Origin: an uncultured Pelagibacteraceae bacterium
GTDB taxonomy: Bacteria > Pseudomonadota > Alphaproteobacteria > Pelagibacterales > AG-422-B15
Assembly: GCA_902517885.1 (NCBI GenBank)
Contig: CABYDZ010000005.1
Location: 2,893-66,892, forward strand
Direction: 5' to 3'
DNA length: 64,000 nt
Position numbers and translations under genes: made by a program. The notes below the pieces were generated by a model that saw nothing but the letters and a program-made list of their open reading frames with translations, did not search any database and was not told where the DNA came from. Below, piece by piece: positions 1 through 10,814 of this stretch; within the stretch, counting starts at the first letter, position 1; every line of letters starts with the position of its first letter.

Positions 1-1
1 A

Positions 2-115
2 ATTGATGGAATAGAAACAAACATTGACCTCCATAAAAAAATACTTTCTTCAAATGATTTTAAAAATGGGGCTGTACCAATTAATTGGCTAGAAAAAAAT
101 ATTAATAAATTCTAA
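2..115 (+). CDS. accC: biotin carboxylase (acetyl-CoA carboxylase subunit), C-terminal fragment; the gene starts upstream of the window
   Basis: Frame 2 reads IDGIETNIDLHKKILSSNDFKNGAVPINWLEKNINKF then TAA at 113-115. This resembles the conserved AccC tail (as I recall, E. coli ends [33 protein letters not shown]). Confidence 0.8.
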   Translation: MDGIETNIDLHKKILSSNDFKNGAVPINWLEKNINKF

Positions 116-116
116 T

Positions 117-617
117 TTAGAAACAATCTTCAACCCATATATCGTAAATTGGATGTTCCATTGATGAAATTGATGGCAATGATTTAAGCATCCATCCATT
201 AAATATTTTTTCTTTAGAGTCTTTATGGTGAATATTTAGGTATATTCCAATTTCAGTTTTTTCATAAGGTCCGCTTAAATAGCAGCCTATTGGATATATC
301 TTTAATTCTTGGTAAAGAAAATTTTCTTTCAGTGGCAACTTAAGCGTATCCACATTAGTAGTGATTTTATTTAAGATACTAATCTCAGCCGTACTGACAT
401 TGCCATCATTGCTATCACTATCTTTTTGCTTACTTTCAATAAATTGGTTATCTAAACTGTTTAAGATAATCTCCTCATCATAAGTCGGCTCAATCTCATC
501 AAGATTAATAAGCGGAGCAATCTTAATTTCCTCTGCATTCGAGGAAAATATAAATAAAATAATAAAAATAAATACTAACTTGCTTAAGTTCTTATGGTGA
601 CCATTTAATATAATCAT
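117..617 (-). CDS. secreted protein of unknown function (possibly DUF2155-like)
   Basis: ORF track gives 117..671. I start at the third in-frame ATG (617), which gives a signal-peptide-like N-terminus MIILNGHHKNLSKLVFIFIILFIFSSNA. No catalytic motif recognised. It lies directly downstream of the NDUFA12-like gene. The family name is from memory of alphaproteobacterial synteny and is unverified. Confidence 0.55.
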   Translation of the reverse strand: MIILNGHHKNLSKLVFIFIILFIFSSNAEEIKIAPLINLDEIEPTYDEEIILNSLDNQFIESKQKDSDSNDGNVSTAEISILNKITTNVDTLKLPLKENFLYQELKIYPIGCYLSGPYEKTEIGIYLNIHHKDSKEKIFNGWMLKSLPSISSMEHPIYDIWVEDCF

Positions 618-954
618 CGTTTCTTTTCTTGGAGCTATCATTTGTATTATTTTTTTCAGGATCGTAGGCATTTTCTGTCCCAGTTTGATTTGAAAGATGA
701 TTTTTTTGCCATTTATATTTTTTGTCTTCTGAGGCCTTTACCTTAGACGTGAACCTTAGCCAATTATTCCACTCTGGATTAACGTAGGTAGATTCGACCT
801 CATCAGCATATATAACCCACCTTTTGGTATCTTTTTTGTTATGAAAATATTTATTGCCTTGGCTATCAACACCGGCAGGAATACCGGTAAAAAAGGTCCA
901 TAATCGGGTTCCTAGTGTTTGACCATTCCACCATGTAAATATTTCTCTCAGCAT
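592..954 (-). CDS. NADH:ubiquinone oxidoreductase subunit NDUFA12-like protein
   Basis: 120 aa. N-terminus MLREIFTWWNGQTLGTRLWTFFTG..GVDSQGNKYF...RWVIY and tail ..YIKWSP are typical of bacterial NDUFA12 homologues. ATG confirmed at 952-954 (reverse complement). Confidence 0.85.
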   Translation of the reverse strand: MLREIFTWWNGQTLGTRLWTFFTGIPAGVDSQGNKYFHNKKDTKRWVIYADEVESTYVNPEWNNWLRFTSKVKASEDKKYKWQKNHLSNQTGTENAYDPEKNNTNDSSKKRNDDYIKWSP

Positions 955-1065
955 AAAATCAATCTATATTTATTTAAATTAACAGCTTTTTCAACAAAAT
1001 TTAAATTATAGTGACTGTTTAAATCATTGAAATAAATACATATTTTAATATTAACCACAATTTTG

Positions 1066-1112
1066 GCACCTTATATAGTGGTTGCATATTTTTTTTATAC
1101 AACATATTGACT
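1066..1112 (+). promoter_or_regulatory. putative tandem NrdR boxes upstream of nrdJ
   Basis: GCACCTTATATAGTGG (1066-1081) and ATACAACATATTGACT (1097-1112) each match 12/16 positions of the NrdR consensus acaCwAtATaTwGtgt, including C4 and G13. Box starts are 31 bp apart, the usual tandem phasing. A possible sigma70-like promoter overlaps box 1: TTGGCA (1063-1068), 16-nt spacer, CATATT (1085-1090). Confidence 0.5.
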
Positions 1113-1249
1113 TCATTTTTCAAATAATAAATATTGGATTTCTAGAAAGTTACTCAATTAACATTCTGGTAATAAAACGGTCGGAACCACTCTTAACTTG
1201 TTCTTGATTTAAACTGCTATTGTAGCGCTATTGTTAATAAGGAAAAAAA

Positions 1250-4200
1250 ATGAAAATAAATAGAGAATTTACAAGTGATAATCAATCTCCATATCAAAAT
1301 ATTAAATTTAAAAAAGTTTCTACTGAAATACGAAATCCCGATGGATCTATCGTTTTTGAATTAAAGGATTTCGAAGTTCCTGAGCAATGGAGTCAAGTTG
1401 CAAGTGATATACTTTCACAAAAATATTTTAGAAAAGCAGGTGTTCCCAATAAGATCAAGAGAACTGAGGAAAGAAATATACCCTCTTGGCTATCTCCAAG
1501 AATAGCGGACGAAGAATCAAGTGACCTCAATTATTCATCAGAGAAAAACTCTCAGCAAGTTTTCGATAGACTAGCTGGAGCTTGGACATATTGGGGATGG
1601 AAAGGTGGATATTTCTCCTCTGAAGAAGATGCAAAAGCTTTTTTTGATGAAGTTAGGTATATGTTGGCCAATCAAATGATTGCCCCTAACAGCCCTCAAT
1701 GGTTCAATACTGGACTGAATTGGGCATATGGTATAGATGGACCATCTCAAGGTCACTTTTATGTTGACCATGAAAACGGCAAACTTACTAGATCATCCAG
1801 TTCCTATGAAAGGCCCCAGCCGCATGCTTGTTTTATACAAAGTGTAGATGATGATCTTGTTAATGATGGTGGCATCATGGATCTTTGGGTTAGAGAGGCT
1901 CGATTATTCAAATATGGTTCAGGAACTGGAACAAACTTCTCTAGTCTAAGAGGTTCCACAGAAGGACTGTCTGGCGGTGGAAAATCATCAGGCTTGATGA
2001 GTTTTTTGAAAATTGGAGATAGGGCTGCTGGTGCAATAAAATCTGGCGGGACTACAAGAAGAGCGGCTAAAATGGTTGTCGTAGATATTGATCATCCAGA
2101 TATAGAGGAGTTTATAAAGTGGAAAGTTACGGAGGAGCAAAAAGTTGCATCTATCGTTACTGGTTCAAAAATATGCTCAAAACACCTTAAAAGTATTATG
2201 AACGCCTGTCACAACTGTGAAGCAGATGGAGAAAGCTGCTTTGAACCCTCAAAAAATCCTGCTCTGAAAAGAGAAATTATCGCTGCTAGGCAAAACGAAG
2301 TGCCTGAAAATTATATCCAAAGAATAATTCATTTTGCAAAACAAGGGTATAAATCAATAGAGTTTGAAACTTATAATACGGATTGGGATTCAGAAGCTTA
2401 TGTAACAGTGTCGGGTCAAAATTCTAACAACTCTGTGCGTGTAACAGATGAATTTCTTGATGCAGTTATAAACGACAAAGAATGGAATTTAGTTAATAGG
2501 GCCGATGGGTCAATTAATAAAACCGTGAATGCAAAAGAACTATGGGATCAGGTTGGCTATTCTGCATGGGCATGTGCAGATCCCGGAATACAATTTCACA
2601 CAACGATCAATGACTGGCACACTTGTCCAGAGAGTGGAGAAATCCGCGCTTCAAACCCATGTTCAGAGTATATGTTTCTAGATAATACTGCATGTAATTT
2701 AGCTTCACTAAATTTAATGACATTTATGGATGAAAATAAGTGCCTTAATACATCGCTATTCAAGCATGCTGTAAGAATCTGGACTCTAATATTAGAGATA
2801 TCAGTTATGATGGCTCAATTTCCTTCTAAAGAAATTGCTAAGTTATCTTATGAATACCGAACTCTTGGATTGGGGTACGCAAATCTAGGTGGTTATCTAA
2901 TGTCTAAAGGTGTTGCTTACGACAGTGAAGAAGGTAGATCTAACTGTGCGGCTATAACATCATTGATGACAGGCATATCTTATGCAACTTCAGCGGAAAT
3001 TGCATCTGAACAAGGACCTTTCCCTGGCTATCAACAGAATGCAAAAAATATGCTTCGAGTAATAAGAAATCATAAGAGAGCGGCTTATGGTAATGCTGAA
3101 GGATATGAAGACTTAAATATTAATCCTGTGCCATTTATTATTGAAAATTTAAGAGACACTAATCTTGGCATGGAAGCCCAGAAAGCTTGGGATGAAGCTT
3201 ATGAAGGAGGTCAAAAATATGGATATAGAAATGCTCAGACCACAGTTATAGCACCTACTGGTACGATTGGACTAGTTATGGACTGTGATACAACTGGAAT
3301 TGAGCCTGATTTTGCAATGGTAAAATTTAAGAAACTTGCAGGCGGAGGATACTTTAAAATCATAAATAGAACTGTTCCAGAAGCATTAAAACAATTGCAG
3401 TATACTGATGAAGAAGTTGAAGAAACGATAAATTATGCTGTGGGATATGGGACTTTAAAAGATGCTCCTTTCATTAATCACGAGTCGCTTAAAGAAAAAG
3501 GCTTTGATGATGAGCAGCTAGATTTGCTAGAACAAAACTTAAAGAATGTTTTTGATATAAGATTTTCATTTAATTCATTCACTCTAGGCAAAGAATTTTG
3601 CTCAGAAAAATTAAATATCTCTGATGAACAGTTAGCTGACATGAATTTTAATATGTTGGCTTTCTTGGGTTTCTCTAATGAAGAGATAGATGAGGCGAAT
3701 ACATATTGTTGTGGAACAATGACTCTAGAAGGCTCTCCTTATATTAAGGAAGAGCATTTATCTGTTTTTGACTGCGCGAATCCATGTGGAAGAATAGGTA
3801 AAAGATTTTTGTCTGTTGAAAGTCATATAAGAATGATGGCAGCCGCTCAGCCGTTTATTTCAGGAGCAATTTCTAAAACAATTAATATGCCTTCTGACTC
3901 AGATGTAGAAGATTGCAATGAAGCCTACCTTCTCTCTTGGAAGCTAGGAACAAAAGCCAATGCATTGTACCGAGATGGATCAAAACTAAGTCAGCCACTT
4001 GCGTCTAAATTAGTTGAAGATGAAGATGTTACAGAGTCTGAACAAATTGATACAGCGCAAACTCAAGTTGAGAAGACGATTGCTGTTGCTCAAGAAGCTT
4101 TAAATTCAATTGTTTACGGATCAAGAAATAAGGTTCCTGACAGACGAAAAGGCTACATACAAAAAGCAATTGTTGGTGGTCACAAAGTCTATCTTCATAC

Positions 4201-4843
4201 AGGAGAATATGAGGATGGCAGTTTAGGCGAAATATTTATCGATATGCATAAAGAAGGTGCTTTTTTGAGAAGTTTAATGAATAACTTTGCCATTGCTATT
4301 TCTATAGGACTTCAATATGGAGTGCCGCTTGAGGAATACGTTGAGGCATATACATTTACGAGATTTGATCCTGCCGGAGTTGTTCAGGGAAATAATAGAA
4401 TCAAAAATGCCACATCAATCCTAGATTATGTGTTTAGGGAATTGGCTGTTTCTTACTTAGGCAGAAATGACCTAGCTCATGCAGATAATACTGATGTTGA
4501 TTTTTCACTTGGCACAGGTGCCGAGGAAGGAACGCTTAAAAACAATGAGATACCATGGAAACTAGTAAAAAAAGTATCTAGCCAAGGCTACTTAAGAGGT
4601 CAAGACGGACTTTCGGTAGTAAGCTCCTCTGGAGATATGGGTGCAGTAACTGCAGAGCAAGCAGTGTCAAGTAGTGGTGCTTTATCTACAGGAACATCGG
4701 ATGCATCAATGAGTAGAGTTCAAGCGGCAAGGATGATGGGCTACGAGGGTGATGCATGTCCTGAGTGTGGTTCATTTACTTTGGTGAGAAATGGAACTTG
4801 CCTCAAATGCGATACGTGCGGAGCTACTACGGGCTGTTCTTAA
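1250..4843 (+). CDS. nrdJ: adenosylcobalamin-dependent ribonucleotide reductase, class II
   Basis: 1197 aa. Conserved RNR core segments are present ([79 protein letters not shown]). C-terminal Cys cluster [22 protein letters not shown], as in long alphaproteobacterial NrdJ. Confidence 0.95.
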   Translation: MKINREFTSDNQSPYQNIKFKKVSTEIRNPDGSIVFELKDFEVPEQWSQVASDILSQKYFRKAGVPNKIKRTEERNIPSWLSPRIADEESSDLNYSSEKNSQQVFDRLAGAWTYWGWKGGYFSSEEDAKAFFDEVRYMLANQMIAPNSPQWFNTGLNWAYGIDGPSQGHFYVDHENGKLTRSSSSYERPQPHACFIQSVDDDLVNDGGIMDLWVREARLFKYGSGTGTNFSSLRGSTEGLSGGGKSSGLMSFLKIGDRAAGAIKSGGTTRRAAKMVVVDIDHPDIEEFIKWKVTEEQKVASIVTGSKICSKHLKSIMNACHNCEADGESCFEPSKNPALKREIIAARQNEVPENYIQRIIHFAKQGYKSIEFETYNTDWDSEAYVTVSGQNSNNSVRVTDEFLDAVINDKEWNLVNRADGSINKTVNAKELWDQVGYSAWACADPGIQFHTTINDWHTCPESGEIRASNPCSEYMFLDNTACNLASLNLMTFMDENKCLNTSLFKHAVRIWTLILEISVMMAQFPSKEIAKLSYEYRTLGLGYANLGGYLMSKGVAYDSEEGRSNCAAITSLMTGISYATSAEIASEQGPFPGYQQNAKNMLRVIRNHKRAAYGNAEGYEDLNINPVPFIIENLRDTNLGMEAQKAWDEAYEGGQKYGYRNAQTTVIAPTGTIGLVMDCDTTGIEPDFAMVKFKKLAGGGYFKIINRTVPEALKQLQYTDEEVEETINYAVGYGTLKDAPFINHESLKEKGFDDEQLDLLEQNLKNVFDIRFSFNSFTLGKEFCSEKLNISDEQLADMNFNMLAFLGFSNEEIDEANTYCCGTMTLEGSPYIKEEHLSVFDCANPCGRIGKRFLSVESHIRMMAAAQPFISGAISKTINMPSDSDVEDCNEAYLLSWKLGTKANALYRDGSKLSQPLASKLVEDEDVTESEQIDTAQTQVEKTIAVAQEALNSIVYGSRNKVPDRRKGYIQKAIVGGHKVYLHTGEYEDGSLGEIFIDMHKEGAFLRSLMNNFAIAISIGLQYGVPLEEYVEAYTFTRFDPAGVVQGNNRIKNATSILDYVFRELAVSYLGRNDLAHADNTDVDFSLGTGAEEGTLKNNEIPWKLVKKVSSQGYLRGQDGLSVVSSSGDMGAVTAEQAVSSSGALSTGTSDASMSRVQAARMMGYEGDACPECGSFTLVRNGTCLKCDTCGATTGCS

Positions 4844-6639
4844 TCTTCTTCAGTAGGTATTACTTTTAGGTTCAGCTCATCTAAAGTCTTAGCATCAACT
4901 TCTGCAGGCGCAAGCATCATGATGTCTTGTGCTTGTTGATTCATAGGAAATAAAATTACCTCTCTGATATTCTTTTCTTGAGCTAGAAGCATTACAATCC
5001 TATCGATGCCAGGAGCTATGCCTCCATGAGGTGGCACTCCGTATGAAAAGGCGTTAATCATTCCCCCGAATTTATCCTGTACTTGTTTTTTAGAATAACC
5101 ACTTATTTCAAAAGCTTTGTACATAATTTCTGGTATGTGATTTCTAATGGCTCCAGATGATAGCTCAATGCCGTTGCAAACAATATCATATTGATATCCT
5201 AGAACATCTAAAGGATCACTATTTTCTAATGCTTCTAATCCACCTTGTGGCATAGAAAATGGGTTATGACTAAAATCAATTTTACCTGTATCCCTATCCT
5301 GCTCGTACATTGGAAAATCTATAATCCAACAAAATCTAAATACATCTTTTTCGATAAGATCAAGAATTTCTCCGATTTTATTTCTTGCTGCTGCAGCAAT
5401 ATCATATACCAACTTACCTTTATCACATGCAAAGAATATGGAATCTCCTGAATTTAAATTTGCTTTTTTAGCAATTTCTAATTGAATATTGCTTGGTATA
5501 AATTTTGCAATTGGGCCTTTTCCAGTAAGTATGCCATCTACTTCTTCAAAAATAATATAGCCAAGACCTGGGGCATTCATTTCTTTTTTTGCCCAATTGT
5601 TTAAATTATCAAAAAAACTTCTTGGTTGCATTGAAGATTTTGGCGCAGGTATCCCTAGTACTCGCCCACCAGCATCTATAACTTTTTTAAAAGCCTTAAA
5701 TTCAACATCGTCATCAGAAAATTCTTGAGTAATATCACATACCTCAATTGGATTTCTTAAATCTGGCTTGTCTGTTGCATACTTTTTCATTGCTTCTTTG
5801 TAGGTAATTCTTGGAAAAGGCAAATCAGTCACTTTAAAATTTGAAAACTTTTTAAATACTGAAGATAAAACAGGTTCAATGGCATTAAATACATCATCTT
5901 GCTCAACAAACGCCATTTCCATATCTAATTGATAAAATTCACCAGGACTCCTATCTGCTCTGGCATCTTCATCTCTAAAACAAGGAGCGATTTGAAAATA
6001 TTTATCAAACCCCCCTGCCATTATTAATTGTTTAAATTGTTGAGGCGCTTGGGGTAAGGCGTAAAATTTTCCAGGATGAATTCTGCTTGGAACAAGATAA
6101 TCTCTAGCGCCTTCAGGACTTGATGCAGTTAAAATAGGTGTCTGCATTTCAAGAAAGCCAGCCTGAGACATTAACTCTCTTATATAGGAAATAATAGATG
6201 ATCTTAATACAATATTGTTATGCAATTCTTCTCTTCTAATGTCTAAAAATCTATACTTTAATCTTATTTCTTCAGGATAATCATTTTCACCAAATACAGG
6301 CATTGGCAATTCATTTGCAGCAGAAAGGACTTCTAACGCATCAACAGAAATCTCAATTTTACCTGTTACTAGGGACTCATTAACAGTTTCTTTATCACGC
6401 TTAATAACTTTACCATGTATTTTAATAACGGATTCAGCCCTTAGGCTTTCAAATTCTTTTAATAGCTTTGTATTTGTTTTTTCAATGACGCACTGAGTTA
6501 CACCATAATGGTCTCGCAAATCAATAAACAAGACATTACCATGATCTCGCTTACGATTAATCCATCCAGCGAGTATGACGTCTTTATTTTCATCGCTTTC
6601 CTTTAACTCCTTACAATTATGTGTTCTATATTTTACCAT
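4840..6639 (-). CDS. aspS: aspartate--tRNA ligase
   Basis: 599 aa. OB-fold N-terminus (..[25 protein letters not shown]), class II motifs ([31 protein letters not shown]). Confidence 0.97.
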   Translation of the reverse strand: MVKYRTHNCKELKESDENKDVILAGWINRKRDHGNVLFIDLRDHYGVTQCVIEKTNTKLLKEFESLRAESVIKIHGKVIKRDKETVNESLVTGKIEISVDALEVLSAANELPMPVFGENDYPEEIRLKYRFLDIRREELHNNIVLRSSIISYIRELMSQAGFLEMQTPILTASSPEGARDYLVPSRIHPGKFYALPQAPQQFKQLIMAGGFDKYFQIAPCFRDEDARADRSPGEFYQLDMEMAFVEQDDVFNAIEPVLSSVFKKFSNFKVTDLPFPRITYKEAMKKYATDKPDLRNPIEVCDITQEFSDDDVEFKAFKKVIDAGGRVLGIPAPKSSMQPRSFFDNLNNWAKKEMNAPGLGYIIFEEVDGILTGKGPIAKFIPSNIQLEIAKKANLNSGDSIFFACDKGKLVYDIAAAARNKIGEILDLIEKDVFRFCWIIDFPMYEQDRDTGKIDFSHNPFSMPQGGLEALENSDPLDVLGYQYDIVCNGIELSSGAIRNHIPEIMYKAFEISGYSKKQVQDKFGGMINAFSYGVPPHGGIAPGIDRIVMLLAQEKNIREVILFPMNQQAQDIMMLAPAEVDAKTLDELNLKVIPTEED

Positions 6640-6672
6640 GCTTTAAATTCAAGTTCATATATAGTTTGATTT

Positions 6673-7515
6673 ATGAAAATAGTCCAAGACAATAAATCTC
6701 TCAAAAATCTATGCAAATTACTTAAAACACAGAAAGTTATCTATCTAGATACTGAGTTTAAAAGAGACAGAACATACTGGCCGAAACTATGTACTATTCA
6801 ATTTAAAACACAGCGAAACACATATTTGGTGGATATGCTACTAATTGAGCAAATAAATATGAATGCACTAAAAGAAGTATTGATAGACAAAAAATTAAGA
6901 AAAGTAATTCATTCAGCTAAGCAAGATATTGAGGTAATTAATTACGCTTTAGATATCAAAATCGAAAACATTTTTGACACTCAAATGGCCTATAATGCAC
7001 TTCATGGAGGCGATGAAATTGGCTATACAAATTTAGTGGAAAAACTTTTTAAAATAAAATTGTCTAAAAAGTATCAAGTTTCAGATTGGGAATCAAGGCC
7101 ACTGAGTAAAAATCAGCTAGAATATGCAGAAAATGATGTTTTATATTTACCAAAAATTTATACTTATCTAATTAATTTTATAAAAAAAAGAAACTTAATT
7201 AATAAGATTAATAATAAAAACCACGAACTAACTGAGAATAATGACATTTATAATCCAACATTTGCATATAAAAAAATTAAAACAAAAAATTTTAATCAAA
7301 AAGAAAAAACTCTGCTAAAAAAATATTCTAAATGGAGAGAGGTCTGTGCACAAAACCTAAATATACCAAGGAACTGGGTTATTTCAGATAAAAATCTAAT
7401 TAAAGCATCAAAAGGTAAAGAGGTTGGTTTAGAGAAAAATAAAAAAATGTACAACCAGCAACTAAGTAAATTTAATGATTATATTAATTCAAAAAATCTC
7501 TCAAAAAAGGGATAG
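6673..7515 (+). CDS. rnd: ribonuclease D-like 3'-5' exonuclease (short form, DEDD domain plus one HRDC-like segment)
   Basis: YLDTEF, HSAKQDIEV, FDTQMAY and YAENDVLYL motifs of the DEDDy exonuclease fold. C-terminal ..KYSKWREVCAQNLNIPRNWVISDKNL resembles HRDC. 280 aa versus about 375 aa for E. coli RNase D. Confidence 0.8.
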   Translation: MKIVQDNKSLKNLCKLLKTQKVIYLDTEFKRDRTYWPKLCTIQFKTQRNTYLVDMLLIEQINMNALKEVLIDKKLRKVIHSAKQDIEVINYALDIKIENIFDTQMAYNALHGGDEIGYTNLVEKLFKIKLSKKYQVSDWESRPLSKNQLEYAENDVLYLPKIYTYLINFIKKRNLINKINNKNHELTENNDIYNPTFAYKKIKTKNFNQKEKTLLKKYSKWREVCAQNLNIPRNWVISDKNLIKASKGKEVGLEKNKKMYNQQLSKFNDYINSKNLSKKG

Positions 7516-8137
7516 TAATCTTGCTTTTCGTTTGCATGGAAGAAAAATTAATTTTTTCCATAAATTGATATAGATTTGAATAATCTCTTTCGACTCGTTT
7601 AGTGAGATAATCTATTACATTAGTTTCTACTTTTAATTGAAGATCGCTAAAGAACTTAACTATTAAGATTCTTATTAGTCTATCATCTGGATCATCTATA
7701 AAAGAAGAAGTAAATGAATTAAATCTTGACCTCAAATCATTTAGTGAGATTTTAAAGTTAGCGTCTGTGTCAACTGAACAAAGTATTTTAAATTTCTTGA
7801 GCACTAAATTATTGTAAAAATGAAAAAAATCATTTTCTCTCTCCACTTTGAGATGATGCAAATCATCAATTGCATAACTACAGCTAGATGACAAATTTTT
7901 CCAATTACTTACCTCATTACAATTAAGAAAAGTAGCGTTATTGTTAGCTGTCCATATTTTTAATAAGTGCGTCTTCCCAGATTTTGACTTACCATAGACA
8001 ACCGCTGAACCATTGAACCAATTATTTGTTTCATTAAGTAAAGATGAAACTTGCTGATTACTTTTACTAATAAAAAAATCATTAGGATCGAAATTGTCGA
8101 CTTTGCCTAAATCAAAAACTAACTGACCTTCATTCAT
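7484..8137 (-). CDS. hdaA: DnaA-inactivation factor Hda/HdaA family protein
   Basis: 217 aa. N-terminal QLVFDL then P-loop-like YGKSKSGKTHLLKIW. Size and organisation match Hda. Context next to pgsA-like and purMN. Confidence 0.75.
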   Translation of the reverse strand: MNEGQLVFDLGKVDNFDPNDFFISKSNQQVSSLLNETNNWFNGSAVVYGKSKSGKTHLLKIWTANNNATFLNCNEVSNWKNLSSSCSYAIDDLHHLKVERENDFFHFYNNLVLKKFKILCSVDTDANFKISLNDLRSRFNSFTSSFIDDPDDRLIRILIVKFFSDLQLKVETNVIDYLTKRVERDYSNLYQFMEKINFSSMQTKSKITIPFLRDFLN

Positions 8138-8683
8138 CTAATTAATACTTTCCATCCAATATCTTATATAAATAAACAACGATATTAATGTAGTAATTAC
8201 AACGATCCCGATCAATAATTCAATTAACCTCGTCTCATTTATCAGATTTTCAAATCCTGCTGTATTGCCTAATAATGTAACTATAACTAAAAAAAATTGA
8301 AAAAAAGTGTTCCACTTGCTTACTTTACTGGTTTTTAATTTAATCTTTATTCCTGCAAAAAATGTTATTACAAAAGAGCCTAAGATAATAATATCCCTTG
8401 ATATGACCAGGATGATGATAAACACTGGTAAAAGATTTGCTGTTCCGATTAATATATAGATTGAAATTACAAATGCTTTATCGGCAATAGCATCTAAGTA
8501 GGAACCCAATTCGCTTTCCGCCTTTAAAGACCTTGCTATAAATCCATCCAAAAAATCACTAACGGCAATAAGGATAGTAAAAAGAGCTGCATAAAAAAAT
8601 AGATCAATTAATAGCAACCAAGCTACGATGGGAATAGTTATTAATCTGAATATTGACAATAAATTTGGAATATTCTTAATCAT
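8138..8683 (-). CDS. pgsA: CDP-diacylglycerol--glycerol-3-phosphate 3-phosphatidyltransferase (CDP-alcohol phosphatidyltransferase family)
   Basis: 181 aa polytopic membrane protein. N-terminus IPNLLSIFRLITIP and CDP-alcohol motif DFLDGFIARSLKAESELGSYLDAIADK. Confidence 0.8.
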   Translation of the reverse strand: MIKNIPNLLSIFRLITIPIVAWLLLIDLFFYAALFTILIAVSDFLDGFIARSLKAESELGSYLDAIADKAFVISIYILIGTANLLPVFIIILVISRDIIILGSFVITFFAGIKIKLKTSKVSKWNTFFQFFLVIVTLLGNTAGFENLINETRLIELLIGIVVITTLISLFIYIRYWMESIN

Positions 8684-9752
8684 ACAAGCTAATTTTATAA
8701 TAAGGACCCATATTAGCTACATCAATATTATTTTGAGACATTATTAATTCTAACTTATTATTATTGCCAGAAAAATTAATAACCCCTTCAACCTTAGACA
8801 GATTAAATGAAGTGACGTGGAAGGAATTAAGTAGCTCTAAAGTTTCTAGTTCTGTTCTTAGTTTTACCCAATCATCAATTGAATTAATATCATAAACAAA
8901 ATTATACAAAAACTTATCATTTGATTGTTTTGTTATATCAATCCAAACTGATAATAACTCAGAATTAATATCTTTAATAATTTTATCAAAAATATCATCC
9001 CTGTAAAAGCTATTTTCTTCTATGAATGTTTTTCTAAATACATTTTCTTTATTATTGGCTATGAGCTTAATAATGATCTCAAATTTGATTTTATTATTTT
9101 CAACACTAGTTGGATTACACCAAATCAATATAGCGTCCTTGATATCGCTCACTAGATTTAAATTCGATCCTTCCAAGAAGGTTGCTAAATCTAACTGATA
9201 CATTTCAGATGAAGAAAAAGTTCTTACGTTCAAATTAATTTTATTTCCAATATTATTTATTTTTTTCCATTCTGTGTTCCAGTTATTAAATAATGTAAAG
9301 AACTCGAAGTGATTTGAAAATGCAATATAGGCAATTATGTCTTTTGAGCTCAGTTCTGAATATGTTAATGAGCGAGATTCATAAAACTCTCTAACTTTAA
9401 ATGGACTAAAATAAACATTAAAGCTTCCGCTATAAGTTTCAGATGATATTTTTTCATTAACAAATTCAATACTCTCTACTAAATATTCATAATTAATATC
9501 ATTTAATTTAATAATTTGATTGAAGTCACTTGGTGCCAGAAGTTTCTTTGAAATTTTCTCAAATGCTAATTTTTCTGCTTTTGAAATTGCTAGATTTCTT
9601 ACATTTGAATTATTAACATAAGGAATCATCACTTCAATATTCATTTCTGAAAAAAATAAATTGTCATTAGCCATAACGGGAAAATTAAAAAATAAGATTA
9701 AAATAACAGCGAGTAACTGTTTAATATGTTTAGCGAAAAATTGATAAATCAT
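8676..9752 (-). CDS. secreted protein of unknown function
   Basis: ORF track 8676..9767 begins with a TTG. The first ATG (9752) gives MIYQFFAKHIKQLLAVILILFFNFPVMAND, a signal-peptide-like start. The rest is N/K/I/E-rich with no recognised motif. Confidence 0.6.
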   Translation of the reverse strand: MIYQFFAKHIKQLLAVILILFFNFPVMANDNLFFSEMNIEVMIPYVNNSNVRNLAISKAEKLAFEKISKKLLAPSDFNQIIKLNDINYEYLVESIEFVNEKISSETYSGSFNVYFSPFKVREFYESRSLTYSELSSKDIIAYIAFSNHFEFFTLFNNWNTEWKKINNIGNKINLNVRTFSSSEMYQLDLATFLEGSNLNLVSDIKDAILIWCNPTSVENNKIKFEIIIKLIANNKENVFRKTFIEENSFYRDDIFDKIIKDINSELLSVWIDITKQSNDKFLYNFVYDINSIDDWVKLRTELETLELLNSFHVTSFNLSKVEGVINFSGNNNKLELIMSQNNIDVANMGPYYKISLYD

Positions 9753-9767
9753 ATATATAGTAGACAA

Positions 9768-10814
9768 ATGAAAAAATTATCATACTCAAGTTCTGGTGTA
9801 AGTATCAACAGAGGAAATGAGTTTGTAAGCAAAATTAGCAACTTAATCAAAAAAGATAAAGGTCTTATTAAGACTGAAATCGGAGGATTTTCAGGTCAAT
9901 TCCCCTTAAGCACTAAAATTAAAAAGCCTATACTGGTTGGAGCAACAGATGGCGTAGGAACAAAAATTCAAATTGCGGAGGAAATGAATGACCATAAAAC
10001 AATTGGTATAGATTTAGTAGCTATGTGCGTGAATGACTTGATTGTTGATAAAGCAACTCCATTATTTTTTTTAGACTACATCTCAACTGGAAAATTAAAT
10101 GTATCCAAAGGTGTTGATGTAATTAAAGGGATAATAAAGGGATGTAAAATTTCACATTGTGCTTTACTAGGCGGTGAAACAGCCGAGCATCCAGGATATG
10201 ATACTAAGGAAAAATACGATTTAGCTGGTTTTTGTGTTGGAGTAAAAAGTGGTATTTCGAAGAAAGTTTTAAAATTAAAAAAAAACGATCTTATCATCGG
10301 AATTGAGTCGTCTGGAATCCACTCCAATGGCTTTTCACTCATCCGTAAAATTATAAAGGACAATAATATTAGTCTAAAAAAGAAAATTATCAAAAATAGT
10401 ACATTAGGGAAAATATTATTAAAGCCGACGCATATTTATGTTGATGTAATTCTTGATCTTTTTAGCAAAAATCTTATTAAGACTTGTTCACACATTACTG
10501 GTGGCGGTGTAACCGAGAACTTACCCAGGTCAATCAGTAAAAATACAAAGGCTGTAATAGATCTGAATAAATGGAAACTTCCAGCAATATTTAAGTGGAT
10601 TAGTAGTTTTAATGTATCTCAAAATGAGATGTTGAGAACATTTAATTGTGGCTATGGAATGGTAATCATAATTGATGAAAAAAACCTCAGTAAAGTTAGA
10701 AAAATTGTAAAAAAATATAAATTCAAATCAGATATAATTGGCAATATTGAAATAAAAAAATCTGCTAAAGAAAAAAGTATAGAATTTATAGGAAGACTTG
10801 ATTTCAATGAATAA
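9768..10814 (+). CDS. purM: phosphoribosylformylglycinamidine cyclo-ligase (AIR synthetase)
   Basis: LSYSSSGVSINRGNEFV aligns with the E. coli PurM N-terminus (LSYKDAGVDIDAGN). DGVGTK, CVNDL and HITGGG motifs present. An upstream ATG at 9726 is an alternative start. Confidence 0.95.
   Translation: MKKLSYSSSGVSINRGNEFVSKISNLIKKDKGLIKTEIGGFSGQFPLSTKIKKPILVGATDGVGTKIQIAEEMNDHKTIGIDLVAMCVNDLIVDKATPLFFLDYISTGKLNVSKGVDVIKGIIKGCKISHCALLGGETAEHPGYDTKEKYDLAGFCVGVKSGISKKVLKLKKNDLIIGIESSGIHSNGFSLIRKIIKDNNISLKKKIIKNSTLGKILLKPTHIYVDVILDLFSKNLIKTCSHITGGGVTENLPRSISKNTKAVIDLNKWKLPAIFKWISSFNVSQNEMLRTFNCGYGMVIIIDEKNLSKVRKIVKKYKFKSDIIGNIEIKKSAKEKSIEFIGRLDFNE

Noticed and set aside
1051-1059. DnaA-box-like TTAACCACA just upstream of the NrdR-box candidates.
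   Set aside because: It has one mismatch to TTATNCACA. By my rough estimate a one-mismatch hit in about 300 bp on two strands at this composition is about as likely as not.
955-1249. Possible cobalamin riboswitch in the long nrdJ leader.
   Set aside because: I found no B12-box-like GCCACTG core or the other conserved G+C-rich elements. The leader is too A+T-rich and short. B12-dependent enzymes are also not the usual targets of B12-off riboswitches.
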